This document shows positions 1 through 12,240 of a DNA stretch of 64,000 nt, piece after piece. The translations under genes were made by a program, and so were the position numbers. Source of the DNA: Lama glama (taxonomy: Eukaryota). Positions within the stretch are counted from its first letter, which is position 1. Every line of letters begins with the position of its first letter. Location: NCBI GenBank assembly GCA_028534125.1, contig CM052817.1, positions 15,130,001 to 15,194,000 of the forward strand, read 5' to 3'. The notes beneath the pieces are model-generated. The model was given only the letters and a program-made list of their open reading frames with translations. It searched no databases and was not told where the DNA came from.

Positions 1-523
1 GACTTTGTAATGCGGCGGCATGTCTCTCTGTTGGAAAGTCTATCTATTTCGGTTCTGTGCTTTATTTTATAATTCAATATTGCATATGAATAGGTAATGG
101 AGGGAAGCTTTCTTGCCTCACAAAACCCACGTTACAACCAATACGTCGTTAAAACTTTGCCCAGGTACTTGGAAGCTTCCTCTGACGAGCACTCAGTTAT
201 ATAGGGCCAATGTATCCAAAAACATGCAGAATTGCACACTGCAGTTTGCAAATAACAACTAGGATGCTCTTGAACGGAGAAACCCCCAAGAGGGTGCTTA
301 CCTCCTTTGCATCAATAAAGTACCACAGCTTCTTATCAGAGGCTGACTTTTGCTTACAGCTAGAAATCTGGCTAAACCCAGTTTCTAACCACTTAGAGAC
401 TTCAAATAATTCCCAAATTATACCTTCCTTCAAAGGGAATATGCTTTAAATCAAGTGTTTAATGTTAGGAAAATAATAATTCACACACTTGCACACCTTA
501 GCAGCCTGTTTTAATTTAAAGAC

Positions 524-528
<5 letters not shown>

Positions 529-566
<38 letters not shown>
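529..566. repeat. (GA)19 microsatellite
   Basis: Perfect GA dinucleotide run read directly. Confidence 0.97.
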
Positions 567-570
<4 letters not shown>

Positions 571-1464
571 GCCCTGGCTCCTGGCCTCTCTACTCCTCCT
601 CAAAGTGCTCAGGAAATGTGCTTCTTTTAAGGAGTAGGGACATAATCAGCACCGAACCCCAGAGTGACTCAACTGGGCGTTTTGTTCGGCAAACAATACA
701 TTGAGGAGAAAAATGCTGGGGTTTTTCTGAGACAGCACGAGCTCTGGTGAAGTAAGGTCACTTACTTATAGCAAAGGGCCAAAAGCACCAACCAAGTTCA
801 GCGAATTCTCTAAGTGTGCTTCACTCCATCTCTACCAAAGAACCCAATGTCTTCAAAGAGACCGTGTATTCTATCTGTGGGTCACTGTATTCTGTGGACT
901 GCCTGTTAATTCTGAGGGGAAAAAATAATGCTTTACACTGACAAAATGAGTGACCAGGGTGGGGGCAGATAAGAGATGCAGCAGCTCCCAGGGCCAGTCC
1001 AGAGGGGTAAACCCAGTAATCTAGGTATCCACGTGCCTATGAACCTGTCTTCTCTGCTTAGCATCTGCAATGGTGCTATGTATCCCCTTCAGGACAATTG
1101 AGAACACAGTCATTCAAATGATTTTTCTGAATTCTGCAGATGAGATAAGGAACTCCAGATGAGAAAGGCTGGTTGAGTCATAATATTCAGTTTCTAATTT
1201 TGGTGTGTCATAAATTTGTGAGATTTTGAGATAGCCATTTAATTGCATGCGTATCGCTTTCTTTATGTGCAAAATATGAGGAGCTGGTTGATTTTTGAGA
1301 TGCTTTAAGGACCTCAGGTGAGTGAGAAGAGTGGTATTATCCAGAGAGGTTACTTTTATTGATGATGTGCTCAGGAGTCTTGAAGCTTCATAGTTTAACA
1401 TTTTTGTGCATATTTTTATGCTGGAGTATTTTTTTTCTTAGATAAAAACTGAGAACTAAAAAGT

Positions 1465-1625
1465 ATCATAGAATCTAGTCCGGTCTTGCAGCCGACATTT
1501 GAATTTCTTCTAAAATACTTTTACTAAGTAACTATATATTCCGTACTTGACTGCCTCTAGTTACAGAATACCCACAATCAGCAAATTTACTCGTCCCATC
1601 TTTGAAGCACTCTGTTTTGCCTTAT
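1465..1625 (-). mobile_element. CR1/L3 LINE 3' fragment (left part, interrupted by ERV)
   Basis: 'tcatagaatctagtcc...cttgactgcctctagttacagaatacccac...ccatctttgaagcactct' resembles the antisense L3 3' consensus, which resumes at about 5718. Confidence 0.6.
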
Positions 1626-1933
1626 GCAATATGTTATTTCCCTCACTTTACAGTAAGACTTCGAAACGAGGTTACACTCTTTTTATTAAAAAAATCCAAA
1701 AATGTTCTATCTACTGGAAACTAACCCATCTCAGTACTTCCATCTTTTTCTGCCTCATAATTACCCAGAAGACCTCCCTCTGGAGTTTTCCATGCCAACA
1801 GACTTATCTTCCCATTGTGCAAGTTACCATGTTTTGGGGAGGAAAGCAAATTAACATGTGGCTTCCATACAAGAAGTGTTGTGTTGGGAGCCTGCATGGG
1901 GGCATCCATGCCTGAAAGAAAATATTGTTTACA
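1626..1933 (-). mobile_element. Putative 3' LTR of the ERV
   Basis: On the minus strand a purine-rich tract 'ggtggcggaggggcacaat' directly precedes 'TGTAAAC' (starts 1933); AATAAA near 1685; ends in ...CA near 1626-1632. Confidence 0.55.
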
Positions 1934-4892
1934 ATTGTGCCCCTCCGCCACCAAGTGGAACCTACAGTAGCTGCGGGACACGGGTGGACAGTGCCTCCAA
2001 CATGGCCCCCTGGACAACTAATAATCCTGAAGTTTCCCATTTCAGTTTGAATATTTGAGTCTAGTCCCTTTTCCCGGAGGGACTGCCATCCAACCTGTCC
2101 TGTTTGTATGCACCACCACCTGGGCAAGAGCTGTGGCAGTGGAGGTGGGGAAGACACCCAGAGCTACTGATAGGTGTAGTGAGTGGGAGACCCAGGACTG
2201 AGGAATTCCCTGCTGTTTCTGATGGACTTCTCTGCAAGGTTAGGGGGAATGGTGATCACACTGTGTTCAGAGCTGTCTGGCTGGGCACGGCAGGCTCAGC
2301 AGTCATTTAATCTGCTTGCAATACTTTGGGAGAGCTGTACCAGGGTGTTTTCCTTAACAAGAAAAGTTCTAGAAGTGGCTTTGAAAGACAAAAGATCATT
2401 AGTGTCCCTTCCTCTCATGGACCCTACAGGGGCTAGGCTACTGGATGCTGGAGTGCTGCATTTTCTTTACTGTCACAAAATCAGTGTGTTCCCTTCTAGT
2501 AGTGTAACTTCATATTTTTTTCCGTAATCATCCTCTCTTCGTACCTAGACTTTTTGCTTGGAACAGACTGTTGCAAAAGGGCTAAGGGCATTTTTATAAA
2601 ATATACAGACACCTATTATGCGCTCCACTTTTTTTGGCTTACTTGGACCACCGTAGAAAAACTCAGCAAACAGTGCACTTATCCTTCTGATCTAGTTCTG
2701 TGTCAGTCCAACAGGAAAGTCTGGCTGACCCAGAATTCACCCTGAGTCCTTTGGGCCTCTTTATGGTCAAATACCTTGAAAGTGTATCATCGAGGTAGTT
2801 CTGGGATTACTGTTAAGGAGAAGAATGTAGATCCACAGCTAGGAATGGTCAGGAGGAAATGCTGAATTTTCAAAATGGTCTATGTAATGCCCACCATTTT
2901 TCTTCCTTTACTCAAAAAGCAGATAAGGAAAGATAATCTTTTTTTCTTTTGTAGACAGCTGCAGTTAATAACCAAATTGACTTATTAAGGTGTGTTGACC
3001 AGGAAGAGCTGAGAAAAGGAGAGTCAAAAGGGTGTTTGAGTCACTTTTTGAAGAGGCCATTGAAATCATCAACAATAGCAGATGGCTTGGGATGGGATAG
3101 GAAAGTCCATCAAATCACCTTTATTATCAGCCATTGCTGAGTGGCATCTGCAGTAAGAAGTGCACCATTGCCAGATTGCAAATGGCCCAGGAAGCTGAAA
3201 AACAACACAGAGTAGCCTTACAGGTTGCAGTGGCATGGCTACAGCTGACTGATTAGACTGACACGGTGACTTACAAGCAAGTCTTGTTGGCAGTCTTCTA
3301 CCTTCTACCGTTTAGTCTAAGTAGACCCACTCAAAAATGGTAATGTAATTCTGGAGAGTCACAAGGATTCCATGTACCAGGAGTTCATTTATGTCAAGAG
3401 CTTAGGAGTAAGCTAAACGTTGCTTTTCAAAAGGAGTGTCCTGGTTATTAGTCTTCAGAGACAATGAGTCCAAACACAAAGGGGCTCCTTTGGGTTGAAA
3501 CTATGACCTTTTGCAGGAGGATCCACTTGGAAAAATCTTCAGTCACAGAGACTTTTAGCTTAAATGATCATTAGGGTTGTGAGTCCCAAAGCTCATCTCT
3601 TCATGTGGTTCTTCTCAGTCTTGAGCATCTCCTCTGGCACTTACAGGATGGGGAAGTACAACACGTAGTACATTGCTTTCTCTTATTCATTTGGATGAAG
3701 AAACAACAGCAACAGTACATTAAGTTGGCTCCAGACCTCAAGGTCATGTTCACTTTCACAAGGTCAAGTTCACTTTCTTTCTCTACTCTTAACCCCACCC
3801 AAACTCCATCAGTTGAATCCAGGTGCCCCCTCCCCACCACTAGACAGGTCAGAATATTGAGAATCTTTATCCAAAAAAGCCATAAAACTAGTGCCCCTCC
3901 TTCCCCAAGGTTCTACTGCCTGCTCAAAGTGAGTATGGCTTTCAGTTTCTCTTGGGAACAGAGAGATCTTTGATGTACCCTTTGTCATCTTTGTCCTCAA
4001 AGTAGCCAAGATCAGGGTAGAAGAGGATGGAAGAATAAGTCACCACGCAGAGGGAATGACTCTGCATCAGTAAAGAAGGCTTTGCATTAACTTTCAGTTT
4101 TGAGTGATACAGTAACAGCTCATGGTTTATCCAAACAAAGTCCAATGTTTTCAGCCCACATAATACTTTATACCAAGTGTGGAGGTCATCATTATTGTTT
4201 CCACCCAGTGCCAATGTTTTTTTTAAGGAGTTTACCTTGATCTAAGGCATTTATTACCCTGTCACCAAGATAACATCCCTTAAATTCTTGACCATTGCTG
4301 ACTGCAAGAATTTATCTAGGTTTCTTTGGGTCAGTTTCTCATTCTCCAGTTGGATCACCTTCATCAGTACTATGAACCCAGTCCAGCTAGTAAAACCCTA
4401 ATATTAGTCAGCGCTTCACTTACCGTTTCTCACAGGACCTTCTCATTCTCACTGAAATCTCCCTAGGAGGACTAAAGCTCTCTTTTAGCAGCCAGGACCC
4501 ATTGCAAAAAACTCAGAACTTTTACTATCAGCTCTGATGGATTTTAGCTGGCATGATAAACAGCATCAGGGAAGACTGTAATATTGTCATCTTTCCTTAT
4601 CAAGTAATATATATCAAACCCCACTTCCCCTGGCATTTCCTAAGCCAGTCAAAGTTCTAATGATTTGCCTGATTTCTGCCCATAGGGGTCAAAAGTTTTT
4701 CTCCCTTCACCCCCAGTATAAATTTATGTCTCTGTAACTGTGCCTGAAAGGAGCCAGAATCTTCTGCCCAACTAGGCCAAATCTGATACTGGTCGCTGCA
4801 GTGTTTTTACAGTAGGTCTGATCACCAAATTGGCTGGAATCCCCTCTTAAGCCCCAGAGTAGAGTGAGCAAAAACCAAGGCACTTTGCAGGC

Positions 4893-5230
4893 AATGCATT
4901 CATTATTCATTCATTCACAGGTTCTTATTGTGTGTCTGCTGTAGCTAGGTACTGTTCTGTGTGCTGGGGATTTAGCAGTAAACAAAACAGTCAAAAATCT
5001 ATTTGGAGTAGCTAAGCTCCAAGTAAGTGAATTACAACAATATTAGAAAGTGGCAAATGCTGTGAAAAAATAAGAAGAATAAATGAGAAAGAGAACAGGA
5101 TATTAGGACTCGGGTGTGAGGATGGGGATGGGTGTAATATGATAGAAGGAGGATGTGGTGATCAATTGTGAGTTCTGAGCAGGCTTTATTGAGAAGGTGA
5201 GAATTGAAGGTTTGATAGATGGGAAAACTG
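4893..5230 (-). mobile_element. L2 LINE 3' end inserted in ERV gag
   Basis: 'attcattcattcacag...ttattg...ctaggtactgttctgtgtgctgggga' is the antisense L2 3' terminus. Confidence 0.8.
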
Positions 5231-5264
5231 ACTCTTGTGAAAACATTTTGTTTTCTGTTGTAAA

Positions 5265-5312
5265 TCTGCCATTTAGAACAGTGCCTGATACACAGTAGGA
5301 ATTCAATAAAAA
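5265..5312 (+). mobile_element. Short L2 (or MIR-tail) 3' end
   Basis: 'ttagaacagtgcctgatacacagtaggaattcaataaa' matches the L2 terminal consensus. Confidence 0.65.
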
Positions 5313-5717
5313 CTTCTAGGCTCAAAGAAGATGCAGGCAGCATCTGATGAACAAGTCTTGTTCACAGATTGACGTGAAGATTCTAGATTTGATTTCCAAC
5401 CCTCCTGTGAGCAAATTGATGAGCAAGAACACATAAACCCATTGATCAAATATTTTTTAGTCGTAATAAGAGCATTTAGTTGTGATAAGGGATATTTCAA
5501 CCCATCAGGCTTCCCTTAAGAGCAATTGTCAGATTCTTGTCACCTGCATGATCAGAGGAGATTACCAGAGGGGCCTCTCCTTGAACAGAAGATGGATCTG
5601 TTCCAAAGACAAATCCCATTCTTGAATTCAGAGTGCAGAAATTGCTGGAAAACTTCCAAATTGCAGTTTTTAATTTCAAAAGTGTTATGAATTGAGACTC
5701 CATAGATACCCTGCCGC

Positions 5718-6420
5718 ATGGGCCAACGTATGTCTCCCTCTATTTTATACATTGTCCCAGTCCTACTTCTTGGGACCACAATGAGTAGAGTCCCTCTTTC
5801 ACATATTGACACTAAAATATTTGAGGCACACTGTTATTTTCCCCGAGTTTTCCCTTCTTCTCAGTAAATAACCCCGTCCTTATTTTTTTTTCTAATGATT
5901 TCACTAAAGACATTGGATTTTCTTCATCATCGTAAACATTGTCCTCTGAAAACATTCTAATTTGACCTAAGTGTGGTACTTAGAATTGGATGAGCACTCT
6001 AGGTGTGTTAAACATGAGTAGTACAGAGAAAAGAATATTGCCATCTCATTTGTTCAAGATACATTTTCATTAGTGCAGTTTAAGATCACATTAGCTCTTT
6101 GGGGAGCCATTCCATCTCATCATATGTACTCATTGAACCTATTACCGGCTACAACAATTACTTTCCCCTGCTCTGCTAAGCCAACTTGTCCCTGTGTTCC
6201 ACTTGTGTAGTTGTTTACTGGGGAACCCCCTTGATAACCAAATACTTTTCCTCCTCTTGAACTTAAACTTCCTAGATTTAATACAATGCTTCAGTCTGTC
6301 AAAATATTTCCCATTTAGGTTTCACCACCCAATGAATTTGCTTTTTTCCCTCCAGTTTCACATCATTCTCATACTTCGTGAGGCTATGTTTCTAATTATT
6401 ATACAAGGTAGTGGATTTAA
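5718..6420 (-). mobile_element. CR1/L3 LINE fragment (right part)
   Basis: 'aagtgtggtacttagaattggatgagcactctaggtgtg...tagtgcagtttaagatcacattagctcttt' is a typical antisense L3 ORF2 3' region. Confidence 0.75.
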
Positions 6421-6854
6421 AATTTACATGAACATAAGGCTCTTTGAAGTAAACCATTACACAGCATCCTAAAATGTAGGAGACCATTTGTCAGTATAAT
6501 TTTATTTAGCAAATAAGATAATTAATATTTATTCATTATGAAGTCCTTCACATTAGTTAAATGAGGCGGTTATTGTTGAACACAGAATTTCAAATCAGTG
6601 TTTACGGTTGGCAGCTGGAATCAGATTCATCTTATCATCTAATTTACGTGAATATGTTGTTTTCTTGCTCAGTACTGAGACTACTGTGATTGAAACAGAA
6701 GTAGTTGCAATAGTTTGTTTGGTTGGTTGGTTTTAAACTCCATTGTCCTTAGAATTACAAAATACTTTTCAAGTGAAATGAGTCAGATGTTGGAAAGAAG
6801 TGTAGTAGAAATGTTTGCTTTAAAACTAAAGAATTGATGATATTAACAATAGTT

Positions 6855-7010
6855 CTCATTCATTTAGTCAACAGATATTTCTTGAGTGAGAATCTACTCT
6901 CTGAATGGCATTGTTTTAAATGCTAGTGGAACAGGGATGTATAAGATAAAAATGTAATTGGCTCTTGGAGCCTACATTCTAATAAGATAGGACAGAAAAT
7001 AAACACACTT
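6855..7010 (-). mobile_element. L2 3' end
   Basis: 'cattcatttagtcaacagatatttcttgagtg...ctcttggagcctacattcta'. Confidence 0.7.
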
Positions 7011-7055
7011 ACATGTGTACATATGCATATAAATGAATATATTTCAGTATATGAT

Positions 7056-7076
7056 TGTGTGTGTGTGTGTGTGTGT
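7056..7076. repeat. (TG)n microsatellite
   Basis: Direct read. Confidence 0.95.
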
Positions 7077-7179
7077 ACTAAAATCAAAACTTACATCTGT
7101 GCAGTTGAATAGGGGCTGGAGAGAACTGCACAATGTGCTGACTTTTCCTATTTTATATTTATTTCCATTAACTTGAAGA

Positions 7180-7700
7180 GGACTCCTGTTGCTATCTGGT
7201 ATTCATACTACAATTCCTTGGTCCATTCACTCTTCCATTTTTCTAGAGGACAATTTTACTCCTTCGTATATCTTCTCAATCCCTAAATGGTTTTCTTATC
7301 CTAACTTTCAACCAATGGCCATGCCTCTCAGTTCATTGAGAAAATAGAATCTCTCGGGGAATATCTATAGGGCACCTTTGCATCGATTCATCTTCCAGAA
7401 TCTGTTCTCAGCACAACCTGCTTATTTCCACAGATGAAGTAGCCATGCTTCTGTTTAGTGCAGCCCTTCTACTTGAGCCCTGGACTGCATCTCTCCCTGA
7501 CTATTCAAAAAACTGGCTTAAGCGGTTCTCCTTTATTTGCTCTGCATTTGCTTTCTACAGAATCAATTTCCTCCATCAATCTTCCTCTTAAGATCTCTTC
7601 CCCCAACACCTACAGCCTCATTTCTTTACTCTCCTGTGAAACATAACTCCCTGAAAGCATAGACTATAGTCATAATATCTAATACTCTTTCTTCATAATT
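7180..7700 (+). mobile_element. L2 internal fragment
   Basis: 'ttcattgagaaaatagaa...cccttctacttgagccctggac' are L2 ORF2-like, CT-rich motifs. Confidence 0.6.
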
Positions 7701-7751
7701 AAAAGAAAAAAAATTCGTGTCACAGTTCTGATCTCTTTTTCCTATGAGGTT

Positions 7752-8113
7752 GCTTGTTTGTTTGTTTGTTTTTGAAGTACAGTTGACCTACAACACTGTA
7801 TTAGTTTCTGTTATATAATATAGTGATTTGATATTTCTATAATTTCAAAATGATCACCACCATAAGTTTAGTTACCATCTGTGGCCATACAAAAATGTTA
7901 CATAAGTATGGACTCTCTTTCCCACAGTGTACATTTCACACTCCTGACTCATTTATTTTGCAACTGGAAGTTTGTATTTCTTCATCTCCCTTCCCTATTT
8001 CTCTTCTCTCCCCCTTCTTCCCCTCTGACAACTACCTGTTTGTTCTCTGTATCTATGACTCTGTTGCTGTTTTGTGACATTTGTTCATTTGTTTTGCTTT
8101 TTGGATTCCACAA
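7752..8113 (-). mobile_element. L1 3' end (laurasiatherian/L1MA-like)
   Basis: T-rich tail followed by 'gaagtacagttgacctacaacactgtattagttt...caactggaagtttgta...ggattccaca'. Confidence 0.85.
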
Positions 8114-8670
8114 ATAGGAGATCAGATTTGCAGTCATCAGAGGTGGAGGATATGGGGGGTAGGCGGACTGAACGAAGTCAGTCAAAAGGTACAAACTTCC
8201 AGTTATAAGATAAATATGTACTAGGGATGCAATGTGCAACATGAATACAACCAACACTGCTATGTATTATATATAAAAGTTGTTAAGAGAGTGAACTCTA
8301 AAAAGAGGTTTCTTTTGTATAGCACAAGGAACTATGTTCAATATCCTGTAATAACCTTTATTGAAAACATATGAAAACGAATGTATGTATGTATATGCAT
8401 GACTGGGACATTGTGCTGTACACCAGAAATTGACACATTATAGTTGACTGTACTTCAATTAAAAATAATTAGTAAAAAAAGAGCAAACTCTAAGAGTTTT
8501 CATAACAAGTTTTTCTCTCTTTTTTTCAATGTTGTATCTATATGAGATCATAGATGTTCTATTGTGGTCATCATTCCGTGCTGTGTATAAGCCAAATCAT
8601 TACACTGTACACCTTAAACGTATACAGTGCTGTATGTCAATATGTTTCAACAAAACTAGAAGAAAAAGAT
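8114..8670 (+). mobile_element. L1 3' end, interrupted by a younger L1 tail
   Basis: 'gtcaaaaggtacaaacttccagttataagataaat...tacactgtacaccttaaac...aaaactagaagaaaaa'. Confidence 0.85.
8302..8480 (+). mobile_element. Younger camelid-type L1 3' tail with TSD
   Basis: 'tgtatagcacaaggaactatgttcaatatc...tgctgtacaccagaaattgacaca'; flanked by gagtgaactctaa (8289-8301) and gagcaaactctaa (8481-8493). Confidence 0.85.
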
Positions 8671-8694
8671 CAAAAAAATTCTTATTCTCTCTTT

Positions 8695-8772
8695 TTAAAA
8701 AAAAAAGTTTATTTTTTAAGGGTAGTTTGAGGCTTACAACAAAATTAAGAGGGAGGTACAGAGATGTCCCTC
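8695..8772 (-). mobile_element. L1MC-like 3' terminal fragment
   Basis: 'gtagtttgaggcttacaacaaaattaagagggaggtacagagatgtccc'. Confidence 0.65.
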
Positions 8773-8819
8773 CAATTTTTGAAATTGCTTAAATTTTTAA
8801 TAGCTTTCTAATGACTTCG

Positions 8820-10030
8820 GATTTTTATTATGAAATATAACACATGCAAAAATTACCTAAAAGTGAATTGATAGCTTAATGAATTATTATGAAGAAATTC
8901 TCATGAAAACCACCAAGCTCAAGAAATCCGATATTGCCATCATCTCAAAAGCCCTTCAAGTGTATCTTTCCAATTACTATCCTGGTGTCTTCTCCTAGGT
9001 AATCACTATCGATTTTTTAAAATATTAATCTCTTTGTGATATATACTGCACACCCATTGTACATATCTTAGTGTTTTGGTTTAGTCCTGTTTCTGAACTT
9101 TGTATAAATAGAATGACATAAACTTTGTGCCCGTGTATTCTTTGTATCTGGTTTCTTTCACTCATATGATGGTTGGGCTCCCACTTACCTCTATGTTGTG
9201 TGTAGTAGTGGTTTGTTCATTTCCATTGCTCCACGCTGCACACATCACAGCTTATTTGAGCATTTCCTTTGCTTTTTAATTTTTTTTTTGTACAGTGCTG
9301 TTGTGGACATTCTTGTCCCTTGATTTTTATGTGTGTTGCAGTTCAGGGGGATATATAAATGAAAGTGAAATTAGGGATGCCTCTTTTCAACTTTAATTAG
9401 TAATGTCATATTACTTACCAAAGTGTCAATTTACATTCTCACCATCTGTACATGAGAGTTCCAGTTGTTCCAAATTCTTGAAAATATTTGGTAATTTTAG
9501 CCTTTAAAGTTTTCATTATACAGTATGCCTAAAGCTGCAATCCATGTGCCTTTAATTTACATTTCTATTATGACTAATAAGGATGAACACCTTTTCATAT
9601 GGCTACTGACTCTTTGGATACCCTTTTCCATGAAATATCTATTCAAGTATCACATTCATTTTTTTTTCTATTTGGTTGCTGTTATTGATTTGTGGAATTT
9701 CTTTACATATTCTGGATATTAGTTCTATGTCAGTTATATATTCTGAAATATCTTTTCCCAATTCAAATGTCTTTTTGTTTTATTAATAGTGACTTTGATG
9801 AACAAAATATAGTCAAATTTGTTATTTCTTTTGTAAATAGAGTTCTTATATCTTATTAAAAATTTCCATTTCCCAACATGAAGTCATAACATTATTATGT
9901 TATTATATACTGTCTTTTAAAAGTATTATTTATTTTGTATTGCATATTGAGATCTTTATTTAAAAATTATTTTTGCTTATGATGTAAGGCATGAGTTAGT
10001 CTTAATGTTTTTCCCAAGTGGACATTCAGT
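8820..10030 (-). mobile_element. Old L1 (L1ME-like) 3' region
   Basis: 'aatttacattctcaccatctgtacatgagagttccagttgttcca...acatttctattatgactaataaggatgaacaccttttcatatg' is antisense L1 ORF2 end/3'UTR. Confidence 0.85.
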
Positions 10031-10039
10031 TATCTTTCT

Positions 10040-10370
10040 CTTACATATCCATTTGGCTAACTTTCTCACTTGCTTCAAGTCTCTGTTCTCTTGTCATCTT
10101 TTCAATAAAACCTACCCTGACCACTTGAAACTGCAACCTCCACTCCCTCCCCAGATACAACTCTAGTGTGTAGCACTTTATTCCCTTATGATAAGCAACA
10201 CAAATTACTGTCCATTGTCTGTCTCTCCACTAGAAAGTACACTCCATGAAGGCAGAAATCTTTGTCTCTCCTGTTTGCTGGTGTTTCCCAAGTACTTAGA
10301 TGGTGCCTGGCACAGAGTAGCTCCATAATCAGTATTTCTTGAATTAGATGAATGAGTAAATGAATGTACA
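10040..10370 (+). mobile_element. L2a-like 3' end
   Basis: 'ctagaaagtacactccatgaaggcag...gtgcctggcacagagtagctccataa...gaatgagtaaatgaatg'. Confidence 0.9.
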
Positions 10371-10611
10371 AAAATAAATGGCAGAAAACACTTTATTCAA
10401 TTTAGCATATACACTAGTTCAACCCACTGTATGACTCATTGTGTTGCTGGTATTCAATCTGTGAAATTTGGAAATACAATGCATGTGTGCTCTTTTGGAA
10501 ACAGCTTTTGAAATAATTAAAACATTTAAAAATAAATATCAATTAAATAGCACTTAGAAGTATTTCAGAAATCCTAAAGTTGCCCTGTGGACATCAAGAT
10601 TTCTGTGGAAT

Positions 10612-10730
10612 GTCCATTCATTCAACAAATATTTATAGAGCACTGCTAGGTGCTAAGTGCCATGTTAAGCTCTGGGAAACAAGACTGATGGAGTCCTTGT
10701 TTCAAGGAGATTGCAGTTAACTGGGAACAC
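10612..10730 (-). mobile_element. L2 3' end
   Basis: 'ccattcattcaacaaatatttatagagcac...'. Confidence 0.75.
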
Positions 10731-10879
10731 AGCTTAAAACCACACACCTAAGAAATTTCAGTTTAACTCCATCCTTTGGGATTCTGGTTAGATGACTCCA
10801 AGAATGTAAAGTTACTTTCAAAGCAGGCTGGACGGAATCATCAAGAAAAGCTCTTTGAGTCATGGACTGAGGCCCTTGA

Positions 10880-11465
10880 CCAGATCAGAATCTCTCAAGA
10901 ACTTGGTCTAGTGTCTGGGTCAGTTCATTAGCTCTATGGCTTTAAGTAAGTGCTCTGAGGGTGGATTTCACAGGACTTAACATTTTCTTGGGTAATAGGG
11001 CAATAGAAGGATCCTGCACTTAGGAGTCAGAGATTTGTTTTGAGCCTCAGTTCAACTAATTGTTGCATTTTTCATTCATTCACCAAATATATATCGAGCA
11101 CCCACTACATGCCAGGCTCCATTCTGTGTACCTTTCATGCACTAGCTCACTGCATCTTGCATCTTTTCATGATGAGGTAGGTATGGTTACCCCCATCAGG
11201 AAGAAGCTGTGACTCAGAGGTGTTAGAAAGCTGCCCAAAGCTATGAAATGTTAAAATGGCAGATCTGGTCTTCATTCCTGGGCAGTTAGGCCAGAGATGA
11301 AAATCTTGATCTCTCATCCACACAACAACTCATTAATGGATTGATTCATTTATTTATTTAGCAGCTACTTATTGAGTGCCTGCACATTCCAGATATGATG
11401 TTAAGAGCTCAGATACAGGGGTGAACATCAAAAAGGCTATTCCCATCTTTCAAGTACTGACAGCA
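10880..11465. mobile_element. Cluster of MIR and L2 tail fragments in mixed orientation
   Basis: 'ttggagtcagagatttg', 'cattcattcaccaaatatatatcgagcacc', 'gactcagaggtgttagaaagctgcccaaag', 'ttattgagtgcctgcacattccag'. Confidence 0.7.
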
Positions 11466-12029
11466 AGTGATTACTCATATGAAATGTGGTTATAATTATA
11501 CTTGAACTTTCTTCATCAGAGAATCATTTTAATCCCCCCAAAACAAATGGGTTGGAAAGCATTAAACCACAAAGTTTTCTCTTGTCAGGAATTTGTTATT
11601 ATTATTATTATTATTTATTCCAAGGTCAATGATTAAATAACACATTAAAATATTTTCTTCTTACAATTTGGCATCCATTCTATTATTCTTCTTTGCTTTC
11701 TTTCTCTCTCTTTTATCCAAGAAGGGTAAAAAAAAAAGTCATTTACAAGGTGACATGCTTCAACCAAGCCCAAGTTGTGGAAATCTGAATTTCTAAAATG
11801 TACTTCAGAAAGCAATTTAAACAGTAGCTCTCTTAGTTCATTTAAAATACCATTTATGTACAAAAGTATTGGATTTGCACAAACATTTTCAAGAATGTAT
11901 ATGTTTGCTCTAACTGGTAGATTGCTTCTATTGGAGCCATTTTAAAAGATGAAATGGCAGACAAAAAACACTTTGTCTAACACAAAAAAGTCTGGCAGCT
12001 CTATTCAGAGTTTTGATTCCTTGATTAGG

Positions 12030-12240
12030 AATCTGGAATCCTTGGAGTCTGGAGCTGGTGGCAAGACTTATTAGCTGTTCGACCTTGGGTGAATCATTCA
12101 ACTTTCTGATGCTTAGTTTCCTTATCTGCAAAATAGGAATAATCATCATAAACTACTTCTCAGGGTTCTTGTGAGGCTCAGATGAGTCAATGAAAGTAAA
12201 CTGTTCTTAGCCGAGTTCAGCGTCTAGCAAGTTGTTATTT
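12030..12240 (+). mobile_element. MIR SINE
   Basis: Core 'ttagctgttcgaccttgggtgaatcattcaactttctgatgcttagtttccttatctgcaaaataggaataat'. Confidence 0.9.

Larger units (their letters stand above)
1626..5717 (-). mobile_element. Ancient class III (ERVL-like) endogenous retrovirus remnant: gag-pro-(RT deleted)-IN-env fragment-PPT-3'LTR
   Basis: Minus-strand translations give gag-like 'ETVSEALTNIRVL' (~4400) and 'PWFLLTLL' (~4870); protease 'WGRRGTSFMAFLDK' (~3870-3910) and 'CTVAVVSSSK*IRESNVL' (~3670-3720); integrase 'FLGHLQSGNGALLTADATQQW' (~3130-3195) and 'SSSWSTHLNKSIWLL' (~2970-3010); IN C-terminus 'KV*VRREDD...EV...EGNT' (~2490-2555). All frames are degenerate. Confidence 0.8.
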
